Shown: positions 15,331-27,299 of the stretch, piece after piece
Position numbering within the stretch: position 1 is the stretch's first letter
How the letters are laid out: each line of letters begins with the position of its first letter
NCBI GenBank assembly: GCA_002269645.1
Contig: NIVC01003025.1
Coordinates: 350 to 64,349, forward strand
Origin: Macrostomum lignano
Taxonomy: Eukaryota
Direction of reading: 5' to 3'
Length of the DNA stretch: 64,000 nt
Notes under the pieces: model-generated
Seen by the model: only the letters and a program-made list of their open reading frames with translations
Told to the model about the DNA's origin: nothing
The model's database searches: none
Translations under genes and position numbers: made by a program

Positions 15331-15759
15331 CAAACCAGATAATGGAAAATGCCTCAAAGATGCCTTTGTGTTATCCGGTCTGTAAGAACCCGTTGTACTT
15401 TTCACCCATAATTTTTTTCAGAATTTCGTGATCCAGGCCTAATTTAATTGATTTCCAAGTGAAGGCCCGGATCAGCATTTTTAGCCCGGAATAGCCCCTT
15501 TTTCCGGAAATGTGATCCTGCAAAAGTTCGGGAAAAAGGAAAGCTGTTCCGGCTGCATTTTCCGAAATTTTTCACCTTGAACACTGCTAAATTCTAATTG
15601 TAGACCCAAATTTCAGGTTTTCCAAATGAAAATGTTCTGGATGAGATTTCAGGAGTTCAGTCGGAATTCATCAGAGATCTAGATCAAGTGATTCGGCAAA
15701 TCCACAGGGATCAGCTCCCATTGACTCGAATCTCGATGAAGTTATGGATAAGACTGGAC

Positions 15760-15920
15760 TTCGCGTCTGTTGTGGCTCAAGGCAGCTCATAAGCTGACCT
15801 GCGATGGATAATCAATCCTCGCTTCTGTTGTGGCTCAAGGCAGCTTATAAGCTGACCTGCGATGGATAATCAATCCTCGCTTCTGTTGGGACTCAAGGCA
15901 GCTGCTAAGCTGACCTGCGA
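15760..15920. repeat. 58-bp tandem repeat x3 inside the outer element
   Basis: TCTGTTGTGGCTCAAGGCAGC.. at 15766, 15824 and 15882; a related copy at about 16363. Confidence 0.85.
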
Positions 15921-16673
15921 GGGGTAAAGTGCCATATATCAGCAAACGCTAGCGCTCGTAATGTGAGGCCGTGCCCACCCTCCCTGCAGGTGATAGCTTT
16001 GTTGGCTCTTCGACAAACTATTGCATTCTTATTGTGCTGGAGAGGTTTGACTCCCAATGGCATGTAGTCTGTCGTGGTTACTTAGTGTATCAGATTACCC
16101 TATTATCTGGTGCAGCTGGGTGTCTAGATGGAGCTGTGGCATGGTTCCAAAAGCTCCTACTGGCCCAGTTCTAAGGTAGCCTTTTTTTAAGACAGACGTT
16201 ATTCTAGCTCTTGCTAGAGCATGCTCCATTGGGTTGTCTAAAGCGTCTGCAGTGTTGGTGTATGGCCACCAGTGAGGGATAATTGAACCCCGCTTCAACC
16301 GATGAATCAAAGTTGAGCAGTTGACTGAAAATGCTGACCTACGAGGGGTAATCAAACCTCGCGTCTGTTGTGGCTCAAGGCAGCTGCTAAGAGTAGTCAC
16401 TTTTATTTGACTACGCGGGTCAATCTTTAATCCGAGGGGTAATAAAGTCTCGAAATTGCAAGGTGGATTGATCTGCTTTTCGGAGGCACTGTAGCGTCCG
16501 TAATGTGAGGCTGTGCCCATCCTCCGTACAGGTGACAATTGAAAAATTGTTGCGCCCTGATTGTGTGCGAGAGGTTTGACTACCACTGGCATGTAGTCTA
16601 TCACAGCTGCTTAGTGTGTCTTCTTCTTCTTCTTCTTCTCCGTTTATCGCCTTGCGGCGTGGAGTGAACAGCG

Positions 16674-16942
16674 TCAGGCTTCACCGCAAGTGCGTTTGTG
16701 TCGCGCCATGTTTGTCGCCGATAACGTTCTTCCGCACTTGTCGCATTCTGCTGTCTTCCTTCGGTATTTTCTTGCTCTTCTCTTGTTCTCCTCCATCTCC
16801 GGTGGATTGTGGTGTTGTTCTTTACATGTCTTTCTGTGCCTCGCTAGGTTCGATTTTACGATTGTGCTTCCACATTGCTGACATTTTACTCTTGACGCAT
16901 CTATTTCCGTCTCGCCTTGGCACACCTTCTCATGGTTTGCCA
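16674..16942 (-). CDS. C-terminal part of the retrotransposon ORF (zinc fingers)
   Basis: Rejoining across the CA TSD gives in-frame CAG GAA GCG ACC CTG GCA AAC CAT GAG = QEATLANHE, completing CHKCDKEFRQEATLANHEKVC. Followed by CQQC..RHRKTC and CDKC..RHKRTC, then the stop. Confidence 0.9.
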
Positions 16943-17460
16943 CACTGTAAATCTTATGGGTCCGGATAAGGTCCGAATTGCATAATGCGGACCTTCATGC
17001 CTGAAGGCGGACCTTCATGTCTGAAGGTCCGATTTTTTTGGTCAGAGAAAACGAATGAAATTTTTTCAAGTGCCCTCAAATGATATTTTTTTAAGCACAC
17101 GCGAGATTTTATAGAGAAAAACGGACTGGAAATAAATTTAGGTTTTATACCACCGTATTTTTTGCCGCATAAAAACACAAATAAAATTATCCGTCAAATG
17201 TAATTGCATCAATCGAAAGCTCTAAATGCCTTAAATTAAAGGAATTATATATTGTATTCCTTTTAACAGGTACAAGCGCATTTCTAACACAGATCAAAAA
17301 TATGTTGGGAACTTTTGTTTCACTCTACTAACTTCGAACATTTAGATTGTTGCGTGCAATTCGTTCTGATCAAACCTAAAAATTAGTGCTTTTTAAACGT
17401 TTTTACGCGTTGTCCATTCTCACAACGACGAATTTAGTAGGCTTATCCACTGTCCAGGAT

Positions 17461-20019
17461 ATGTTAAATGGAGATGAAAATGTAATTTCAAAACTATTTC
17501 AATGTAGTATATGTCTTCATACACACAAGGATTTATTTAAGCTTATAAGTCATAAAACTATACCATTCTTTTGGGAATAGCAATTTTTTATGTCCAGTTA
17601 GGGGATGTTACCATATTAGTGTTACAATTGAAGGATTACAAGCACATGCCTATCGTATGCACAAAAACAGTGTTGTTGATAATTTTTCCCAAGACCAAGT
17701 TCTACAGCCAAATTGTGTTCATAATAACCCTACTCTAGACTTATTAGGAAACCCTTTAGAAAATGAATTGCAAGCTGTGCCTATAGATATAGCCATATTA
17801 TCTACTATTTGTAACCAAGTTGAAAATGAAAAAAAGACCCTGAATTTGAAATGTCTAGTGATTTTTTATGTGAAAATACAAGAAAACATCTTGCTGAAAA
17901 TTTTGTTTACTTTTATCTAAAGTCTAGACATTTCTTTTTAATTCCTAAAACTAAAAGCAAATCTAATCAATTATGTGAACTTGTTAAGGAAATAGTATTG
18001 AAGTTTGCTGATGACTATTTTTTGTTATTTGAGCAATTTTTAAAAGAAGAATGTCCTTCAATAGTTAACAGCTATAATTCTTATAAAAATAAATTAAATT
18101 TGCAAGAAATGATTGACCTTTCATTAGAGCATCTATTAAGTAATAAAAAAATATTTGAAATTTTACAAAACAAGTTTAATTTTGTTGAGCCCATTGAAAT
18201 CATAGATGAAGAATCAAAATTAAAAATTCTATATATTCCAATAAAAGAAACACTTAGTTCTATTATAAAAAATGAGACATTGCTTAAGTATATTATTACA
18301 AATTCTTATTTAAATGCAACCAACAAAGAAAATTTTTTTTTCAAGTCTACTTATTTTGAAGAACATATTAGTCCATTGTTAACAAATAAGAATGGTATAT
18401 TCATAAAACTTTATTCAGATGAAATTGAAATATGTAATCCTATTGGGTCTGCCAAAACAAAACATAAATTATATGTAGTATACTTTACTATTCTTAATTT
18501 CCCTGAATATCTTAGTTCATCTTCAGACTTATATTTTCTTTTAACAGTATTTAATGATTCAAATGTTAAAAAGAAAGGTTTACAGTTTTGTTTATTTCCA
18601 TTAATTAGAGAGCTGAATGAGCTTTACTTTGAAGAATTTCAAATAAGTAATTTGATAAAAATGCCTGTTATTGCTGCTTTCATGACTGGGGATAATTTAT
18701 CAATACATAGAATGTTAGGTATGCAAACTTGGTTTTCAAGTGGTTATATTTGTAGATTTTGTTTTATAGGTTATAAACAGCTTTGTAGCATTAGATTAGA
18801 AGAATTAAGTACATTATTCCTATTTGAATATCGAGATAATTCATCATATATTGAAGATTTTAAATCCTTAAGTAATGGTTTAATTTCACCATCTGTGTTT
18901 AGAAGTGTAGCATATATTAACTTTCAATATTTTTTCCCCCCTGATATAATGCATGATGTGTTTGAAGGGTTTTCTCATGTTGTTATATGTATTATTCTAT
19001 TAAGTATTATTCAAAATCATAATATTAGTATAGACTATATAAACAAACAACTAAATTTGATTAAAGAAGTCAGTATTCCTACAATAAATAAATATCACTT
19101 ACAAAATTATCATCTACCATGTACTTCTAATCAAATAATTGTTATTCTACAATACTTTGGACTTTTATTTGGACATTTGTTTGAGTTGGATGATGATATT
19201 TGGATATTATTTAATTGTCACAGGCAGTTTCTTGACATAATTTTGTCCCCATATGATAGTAGCATAAACTTAGAATATTTTCAATCTCTTATTTCTGGCC
19301 AATTAGAATTAATATATAGAAACACGGGCTTCAATCCTAAATATAAATGTAAATTGCATTATATATGTCACTATCCTGAATTTTATCATTATTATAGTGG
19401 TCTTAAATACTTATGGTGTATGCGAGGTGAAGCTCATCATCAATTGCTTAAGAATATAAACAGGCATGCAAGAAATTTCAAAAATCCTGCCTATACATGT
19501 GCAAAACAATATCAAATTCAAAAGGCACTTATCATTAAGCACTATGAACCAGGTACAATTAAGAGCCATAATATAAATCCTATTAGCTTAAATATGCTAT
19601 TGACAATAGATGAACAAACTGAGTTATGCAACAATATGAATTTAGATACAGACTCAATTATTGGCACTATTTGTCTTTCTACTAATGAACTAAAATATCA
19701 GGGGTTTGTATATCGGACTCCAACATTAAATTACCGTTATTGTTTGCCAATTTTAGAACCAACTGGAATTGCTTTAGCATTAATTAGCCATATTATTCAA
19801 CTTTCCAACAAGTGGATAATTATTTGTAAAAAAGTGAATGCTAAATTTTCTTGTCATTATAGCAGTTTTATATGCACTGTGAATAATGACCATTTAGTAT
19901 TTATTGAACCTACTCAGCACTTTTTTCATCAGCCAATTCCATTTTTAATGTATCAAGGGAAACTTTTTCTTTCTTTAAAATATTATCCAATGCTACATTG
20001 CCAAAACATTGATCAATAA
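17461..20019 (+). CDS. EnSpm/CMC-type transposase with two N-terminal C2H2 fingers; two frameshifts in A runs (about 17554-57 and 17829-35)
   Basis: Motifs LYSDEIEICNPIGS, GDNLSIH..G...F....CRFC, PPDIMHDVFEG and KLHYICHYP..WCMRGEAHH. N-terminal FQCSIC..H...YH and FLCPVRGC..HAYRMH are recovered by joining ORFs starting at 17461, 17558 and 17836. Confidence 0.85.
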
Positions 20020-20389
20020 TCTACAATCTTAGTGGGTATCATTTTAGATAAATTTAAGCATATAACAATATGGCATACACTTGCACTTCATAAAATAACA
20101 AATTATTACAAGGGCCACCTTGCCTCTAGCACAAGGAACTGTGCTCTCCACCTTACATAGATTTCTGGCCTATAGGTGTCTAACCTTTTTATGATAGGTC
20201 GGCTTGCCCTTCCTTGACTAGGCTAGTTCTATGTAGATGGTGCAGGTTTTCGAACCATTTCTTGCCTAAAATGGGTTCATCCTCTGTCTAAGCTTGTTGA
20301 AGCTTCAGCTTTTAGTATTGAAGAGTGAAGATTGTTCAGAAAAAAGCAACAAAAAAACAAAAACATCATAAAAACACTAAACATTTTGT

Positions 20390-20868
20390 TGTCACAGTCA
20401 TTACTTATGGCTGCAAGGTATGGGGTCCACTGGCCAGGCAATCAAAAATTAAGGATCTGGATAATATTCAATTGAAATTCTATAAGTCTCTCCTTAAATT
20501 CTTAATCTACCAGAGCATACATACAAGCAATAAAGTCATACTTAATGAACTCAACATTCTTCCTATTTCTGAAATCATTAAGAAAAGGTACCTCCTTTTC
20601 TGGTTAAAACTTATTTAAAGCTAACTCTACTACCACTAGTCTCTTTAACAACAATGACAATCCAATTGATCCTTGGAAGAAAGCCATCTCACAGCAACTT
20701 AAAGGCATTGATCTAATGCAAAAACTTCTACTGTTTAAATTGTATTGTCCATTATTGACAACTTTTGTTAACACTAATTTATTCATATCTAATTAAATAC
20801 ACTCTATTAACATAACGGGCACTACTTGCCCAAGCCAATTAACTACTACTACTACTACTAGTACTACA
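20390..20868 (+). mobile_element. 5'-truncated LINE 3' fragment (L2/CR1/Jockey-like) with (ACT)n tail, inside the CACTA element
   Basis: ITYGCKVWG..LDNIQLKFYKSLL..TSNKVILNELNILPI..RYLLFWLKL matches the post-RT C-terminus of non-LTR elements; followed by ACTACTACT.. at about 20842-20868. TSD not found. Confidence 0.6.
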
Positions 20869-20998
20869 TTAAGTCAAGCCAAGGACAAAAGCCGAAAAAT
20901 CATAATGAACAAGAATTCCTTGGCTTTATAAATTCATTTTATCTGTGTCTTACCAGATGTATTCTGATTGAGGTTGTGCACATCATACCTCATTTCAG

Positions 20999-22717
20999 CT
21001 TCGAATCTGCAACGGCTCAGAGGAGCGCAAGAAGCTCCTTCCAGCTTCTGGCCTGACCTTGGCGGACCTTCGCATCAAAGGTTGTTTAAAATTGGACATT
21101 GCAGATGTTGAAAATGTTCGCATTGTCACTTCTGACGGTTTCGAAATCGACGACGATGATTTAATATCGGAGGTGGCAAAGGAATGTAGAACTGTGTACT
21201 TCCTTCTTTCTGGAGAGTTGCTTCCAAGCTGCGGTGCATGCCCTGTAGAACCTTCAACTACACCAAAGCAGCAAAGCGAAATACGCAATGTCGAGATTGC
21301 CACAACACCGAGTCGAGGCACACAGGCTCTGAGTCCAAATCCAGCTGTAGCAGCTACGGCTGCAACTACACTTCCATGGCCCGAAGTGTACTCGCTTCCA
21401 CGAATGGACGATCTCGCCAACGCCCTTCGTGATCTACGAATGCACCCCGAAAAGGGTTCCGATTTAAAAATGAACGCGACGTTTGTCAACAAGTTCCTTA
21501 AATTCATCGTCGATCACATCTGTTTGAACTATCTGTCGCCAAATGAACCATACCTGTCATCTAGCCAGATAACAGATGTGTGCACTTCCATAGTAACTTC
21601 GTATCCTGGACTGAAGGACACCTCATTAAGTGGGAGCTCAAGCTTTTGGCGCCAAAAGCTTATTCGGCGTTTCAAAGAGCTCCGGTTCGTTGGCGACTTT
21701 GTCGACAAGAGCAGCCCAACGGTTCAGGAGATGCGACGGAAGCATGGTCGACTTGGTCATCGGCGTATAATTCTACCAAATGCTGCTGCAGCTGCTGCAG
21801 GCCCAAGTGCGGTTACTGTGAGCCAAAGGCATAAACGGCAGTACAAGGAAGTTGAAGGCCAGGAAGATGATGACGACAATGAAATTATAGCTTCACGTGC
21901 TAAAAGAGCCAACAAGCAGCGTATCAACGACGACGAAGATCTGATCGAAGAAGAAGGCGATGATGATAGTGATGCAGACGATGCTGGCAGTGCAATGGCG
22001 AAGAGCGTTGACTTCGGCGAGTTCGATACCGATGTACCACCGTCACACGAAGCTCGTCGAACGAGATTGAACGAGACTCATCATGACTCTTCAATATCAG
22101 ACGTTCTCAACGAAATGCAGGCTCTGTTTCCGATTCGAATATTGCGGTGCCAAGATTTGACGGTTAGTGACGAAATTGCCTTATATGCGCCACTGGTAAA
22201 CATCGCAGTACTGCAGCAGGAGGCGTATCTCATGATCCAGACATACAACAGAAGCAAAACTGACTATGTACTTCCACCAAGTCCATCGGAAATGAGAAGC
22301 AGGATTATTAACGCCTTGTTGCTTGTGTACAGTAAAAGTCAGTTGCTAAAAAATTTCAAGCTGTGCAAGGATTATGTGGAATTGCCAGTTGTTTCAGAGG
22401 AGGACAAGCTGCCTGTGGCTGTCTTTCTTCTTCTCGGTCGGTTGCGAGTCGACCCGTCTATTATTCTTCGCGACGCACTGCCAGTCAGAATTCTGACAGA
22501 GGATGGAAAATGGTGCGGCGTTTTCGTCAACGGTGCGAGCATCCCATTCGACAGTGTTACTGACTCGATAATTGCATTTGTAATTGTCTTCATCGCGTTC
22601 AACCTCCAGCACCTCCCTGCCCTAGAGGCGTTTCTGGAGGTAATCGAAGTGCTGTCGGGCCTTCGCAAGAAAGCCGTCCGCAAGGCTGCAGTAGCTATTT
22701 TGGATGCACTTCGTTAG
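20999..22717 (+). CDS. CACTA accessory ORF2 with CIDE-N/ubiquitin-like N-terminus; start exon unresolved
   Basis: Open frame from acceptor catttcag|CTT. N-terminus LRICNGSEERKKLLPASGLTLADLRIKGCLKLDI..VRIVTSDGFEIDDDDLI..VYFLLSGE; acidic and NLS-like middle; C-terminal FIAFNLQH..FLEVIE, like accessory ORFs of animal EnSpm-like elements. Confidence 0.7.
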   Translation, partial: LRICNGSEERKKLLPASGLTLADLRIKGCLKLDIADVENVRIVTSDGFEIDDDDLISEVAKECRTVYFLLSGELLPSCGACPVEPSTTPKQQSEIRNVEIATTPSRGTQALSPNPAVAATAATTLPWPEVYSLPRMDDLANALRDLRMHPEKGSDLKMNATFVNKFLKFIVDHICLNYLSPNEPYLSSSQITDVCTSIVTSYPGLKDTSLSGSSSFWRQKLIRRFKELRFVGDFVDKSSPTVQEMRRKHGRLGHRRIILPNAAAAAAGPSAVTVSQRHKRQYKEVEGQEDDDDNEIIASRAKRANKQRINDDEDLIEEEGDDDSDADDAGSAMAKSVDFGEFDTDVPPSHEARRTRLNETHHDSSISDVLNEMQALFPIRILRCQDLTVSDEIALYAPLVNIAVLQQEAYLMIQTYNRSKTDYVLPPSPSEMRSRIINALLLVYSKSQLLKNFKLCKDYVELPVVSEEDKLPVAVFLLLGRLRVDPSIILRDALPVRILTEDGKWCGVFVNGASIPFDSVTDSIIAFVIVFIAFNLQHLPALEAFLEVIEVLSGLRKKAVRKAAVAILDALR

Positions 22718-23549
22718 ATGATTTTATAACGCCTAGACATGACTATTGTAATCATTTTCATTTTTATAATAATTATATTCATTTTCATGTTAGTACGATT
22801 GAATATGACTGTGAATTAATCGTAATCACAAGCCTAATCACAATCACAATATTTATTTTCATATTCACAATCATAATCATAGAGTGTTATCTGTCATCAG
22901 AGGGTCACGGCGATGTTGGCTGCTTATTTATTGCCCTGTGTATTTAGTTTGTGCTTTTTAGTCTGTATATTCAACTTCACTCTTTGAGTGACCAAAGCAA
23001 ACACTTATTCGCAATGTGTAATGTGCAACAAATAATTACTAAATATTATTATTACCACTGTTTTTGTACAACAACAATAAATATTTTAGGATCAATCTTT
23101 ATATACCATAAAAAATACTTTAAATTGGTTAACATCCTTCATAAACATGCAATTGTTGATTACGAATGCTTCACTTCTTACTTTTCTTAAATTGAGCAAT
23201 GACTGACAACATTGTATGCCTCACATAATGTAATTGGGAACAATTTTACAGGTAAGGAAATTCATACCTATAATAGTGGGTATTTTGTGTCTTGCAGATC
23301 AAGTGAATACATTTTGGGGTGTAATCGTTTTTATATTTCGGACCCATAATGCGGACATCTGAAAAATATGGACTTTGCAATAGGGACCTTTCAAAATACG
23401 GACCTTTCAAAATACGGACCTTGCAATACGGACTTTACAATACGGACCCATCAAAATACGGACCTTTCATGGTCCGTTATTTCGACGCTCCGGACCCTCC
23501 ACAATGGACCTTTCCCGGACCCTTCTTCGGACCTTTAGGAATTACAGTG

Positions 23550-26500
23550 CAGGGTCGCTTCCTGTCGGAACTCCTTGTCGCATTTGTGGCATCTGAATTT
23601 CACCGGCTCTTTAAACACGCGATGCATCCTCTTTTGGTGGATGGTTAGTCCGCCCTTGCTTTTACACACTTTGCCGCAGAGTTCGTATTCGCATTTGAAG
23701 CCATCTCCAACCTCTCTCGGGTTCGTTTTTACGTGGTACCGTTCTTGACTTCGTTCGATCAGGCTGTTGTTACTGTCCGTCTTGGCCTTTTTTCCTTGCA
23801 CTCTCTCCCACTCTTGTAGGTGTACAGTCCGCTGGTGTACTACGTTCCGCCAGTGTTTCCTGTCTAGAACGTGGCGTTCGATGTCTTGCGGTTCCATACC
23901 GGCTTCCCGGATGAGGCGCTTCCAGTAGGATATGGTGTTGTTTTTCCGTTTTTTGCGCTTAGGGATCCTTTCCAGGCCTCTGTACCACCCTAATACGGCT
24001 TGCTTTATTTGTCTGTCGTCTTCCATCCGTAGGACGTGGCCAATCCTTTTTAGGTGACTTTTCTCAATCTTTGTTCTTAATGACACAACACCTAGTTCGT
24101 TGCGGATATCTTGCATATTTACTCCTAGGCTTTCCATTTCGCGCAGCGGTTCCATTCTCTTGTTGGACCAAATGTTGCGGTATGTTTTGTCGATGAACTG
24201 TTGCATTTTCTTGATTTCGCCGAGCAGGAACGGGCGGGTGTTCGCATGGAACAGGAGTACACTTTCCACGCACGCCTCGACCACTTTAGCTTGTGTGGTC
24301 TTTTTCAGGCGGCATCGATGGAACCTTTTCCTGATCGCATTCCACGCTTTGGCGGCTCTCTGGATTCTTTGCTGTGTGTCGTATCTCCTATCCATCCACG
24401 ACCCTAGGATGCGAGTTTTACCTCCGGCGGATGTTCCTAGGGCCATCTCCTCCTGTTTCTCGTCATTTGTCAGTTCTTCGAACTTCTTCATATTCTCTTT
24501 GGTCGTTGTTAGGCTTCTCGTCAGTTCTCTGCCATTGCCTAGGATGGTGGTGTCGTCTGCAAAGAGCGATGAGGTCCACTTGACCGTTCGCATCTCCGAG
24601 TTGTACTGGTTGGTTCTCTGAGGTGGCAAGGAGTGTCCAGGTAAGTACGTCCATTCCACCCCGCAGCTTAATCCTCTGCTGGCCGCTTCTGTCTCCCGAG
24701 TTTCTTCCGCTTTCCTGATGCTCGCCTGGTGGTAGATGTTAAATAATATCGGGGAAGTTGGGCATCCCTCGCGTAAGCCTCGCTCGGGTAGCCATGTTTC
24801 GCTTGATTTCTCCTTGCCTTGCACTTTATACGCGGTATGTTCATGCAGGTCTTTCAGTTTTTCGATCGTCTCTTGCGGCATCTTGTACGCTTGGAGGATT
24901 CCCCACAGGATCGGCTTGCACACTCTCGGATATGCCTTACGGAGGTCTAGGAGGATTGCCGTTTCTGTGTCTTCGATGTTGCAGTCTCCTGATGCTCTTT
25001 TTGTTTCCAGGTACTCGGCAATGTCCTCGTGCATCCTGGTGAATATCTGTGCGTTGTCCGCCGTCGATCTTCCACTTCGGAAGCCGTTCTGGTTGTCATC
25101 TAGCGCTCCTATCACTTCTGCCCAATTCCGGATTCTGGTAGCCAGAATGCGGGCTAGTATTCTGCTGAGCATAGGTAATAGGCAGATTCCTCTGTAGTTA
25201 TTCATGTCTGCTCGGTCTCCCTTCTTGAATAATGGAATAATGAGTCCAATTTTCTCGTTGTCATTCCATTTGTGCGCTCGCTCTTCAAACAGAAAGCGGA
25301 TCCTTGCATACAGTTCTTTACGTACTGCGTCTGGGGCGATTCTAATGTATCTGATACGAAGTTCGTCCTCCCCGGGACTTCGGTCTTTCATTTCTTTAAT
25401 GGCTGCTTCTATTTCAAGGTCCGTTGGGACTGTCGTCAGTTGTGTTCTTGTCTTTTCCGTATCTTCCTGTTCCTTCATGGTTTTGATTGATCTGATCAGT
25501 TCGGCTGTTTCGGTTTCCGGGTTTTCCAATCTAGTCCCTTGGATTCTTTCCAAATGGTTCTTGAAGTCATCTTCGTCAAAGTTGGTGTCTGTTCCGCTGT
25601 TGTTCCACTTTCCTCGCTTGTCCAACATCCTTAATTTCTCATAGACCACTGCGATCTGGCCTCTATCCGCGGCATTTCTGCATTCCTCAGCGATTGCGTC
25701 CCACCAGTTTTCCTCCCATTCCGCGAGCTTCTTTTTTATCTTTTTTCGGATAGTTGTAGTCGCTAGGCGGGCTAGGGTCGTCGCCGCCGAGGTGGGGTCT
25801 TCTCTGACGCATGCGTTGCGATGGGCCAGCGTTTCTGCCAGCTCTCTTTGTTGTGCCTCGTGTTCGTCCAGGTGGGGGGCCATCCACGGGTTCGTTACTC
25901 GTGTCACCGTGCCGCATACGTGCCTTGCACTGTCGATGATTGAGTTTTGAACGTCTGTCCATTTCATGTCTGTGAGGTTCCTGTCCTGCTTCTCTCTTAG
26001 TTCTTCGAATCTTGTTAGTATTTCTTTTTTTAACTCAGATGCCTTGTTCTCGTCGTGGAGTTTCCTCCAGTCGATGTTCTTCCGCCTGCGTCTCGTCTGG
26101 TCCTTGACGTACTTGTTCCGTGTCCAGCCCCGAATTATGACGGTTTTGGGCAGGTGGTCCGACAAGTTGCACTTGTTGTGGTTCTTTATCGTTTTGACCA
26201 GGCGGTGTCTGTCCTGCGCGCGAGTTATGAAGCCGTCTATCTCATACCACGTGCCGGTGCTTGGATTTCTCCAGGTTCCCCGGTTTTTTGACTTGTGGAA
26301 CGAGTTGATCCAGGCTAGATCATTTGTCACTAACCAGTTTGCGAGGTCTTCGCCCTGCTGGTTGGTCAGTGCTAAGCCAAACTTTCCTCGATGTTGCGCG
26401 TCTGTGCTTTCAAATTTGCCAATCTGTGCGTTCATGTCACCGCCAATGATGATTGGTTTGTTCTTTCTTTCATTATGAATGTAACGTTCCAGGGTGTTTC

Positions 26501-27299
26501 TGAGCTCTGCTAGTTCCGTTTCGTAGTCCGGAGTGCCTCTAACTGGGCAGTACACGCTGATCAATGTCGCGTCGTATATTTCTATCATGATCGCTCTGTT
26601 CGTAATCTTCTTTTTTGATCCGCTGTCCTTCCACGTCTGGTACAATTCCTGGTTTAGGATGATGCCTGTTTTCTTGCCGTGAATCAGGAATGAATTTTGT
26701 TTCGGTTGGTGGTAACTTCTTATTCCGTCTGACGGTGCCGATAACTCCGAGATGAGGGCTACCTCCCAATTCTCACTCATAATCTTTTTTGCGATCTCTC
26801 CAAAACGCGTGCCGAACACGTTTGCCCGCTGGACATTCCATGTTGTTATTCTCAGCTCGTTGTTTAATGTTTCTCTGCGTTTGTTAATCTTCTTCGTTCT
26901 TCTTGTTCCACGGCGTCGGGTTCTTCTGATTAGTCTGCTTTTCTTCTCTTTTTGGGTTTTCGGTCGTTTTGTGCTTTTTCTTGGGTTTTCGGATTCTTTC
27001 TTTGGTCTTTCCTTCCTGTTTGGTCCTGGGTTCTTCTCTACTGTCGTCAGCTGTGCTTTCACTTCCGCCGACCTTTGTTTCCGGCTTGGTCTTGTGCGGC
27101 TCTGCTGTTCCTCTAGCTCTCTACCTTTGTGCTGTCCACTGGTTTTTGCCTGGTTAATCTCGGTACCCAGGTCGGCTACTTCTGGGTACCACGAGTGAAA
27201 AGGGCCGGTGTCGTCGTACTGGCTTCCGCCAGTGGCTTCGATCCATGGTCCCTTCCGTTTGCTCCCTTCTTTGCCAAGACTTTTTCGGGTCTTGTCCAC
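23550..27299 (-). CDS. Retrotransposon ORF main part: basic N-terminus, APE endonuclease, reverse transcriptase, first zinc fingers
   Basis: APE motifs ITTWNVQ, SEL, GGDMNAQIG, WYEIDGF and SDH; RT motifs NYRGICLL, QNGFRSGRST, DLRKAY, GLREGCPTSPILFN and LFADD. No stop over about 1250 codons; no ATG upstream of the APE domain. Confidence 0.95.

Larger units (their letters stand above)
16943..23549 (+). mobile_element. EnSpm/CACTA (CMC) DNA transposon, 6.6 kb, CACTG termini
   Basis: Imperfect 29-bp TIRs CACTGTAAATCTTATGGGTCCGGATAAGG / CACTGTAATTCCTAAAGGTCCGAAGAAGG; 2-bp TSD CA (16941-42, 23550-51); CGGACC(T) subterminal repeats at 16960-17030 and 23335-23540; two plus-strand ORFs. Confidence 0.93.

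Noticed and set aside
20995-21507. 170-aa minus-strand ORF
   Set aside because: Antisense shadow of CACTA ORF2.
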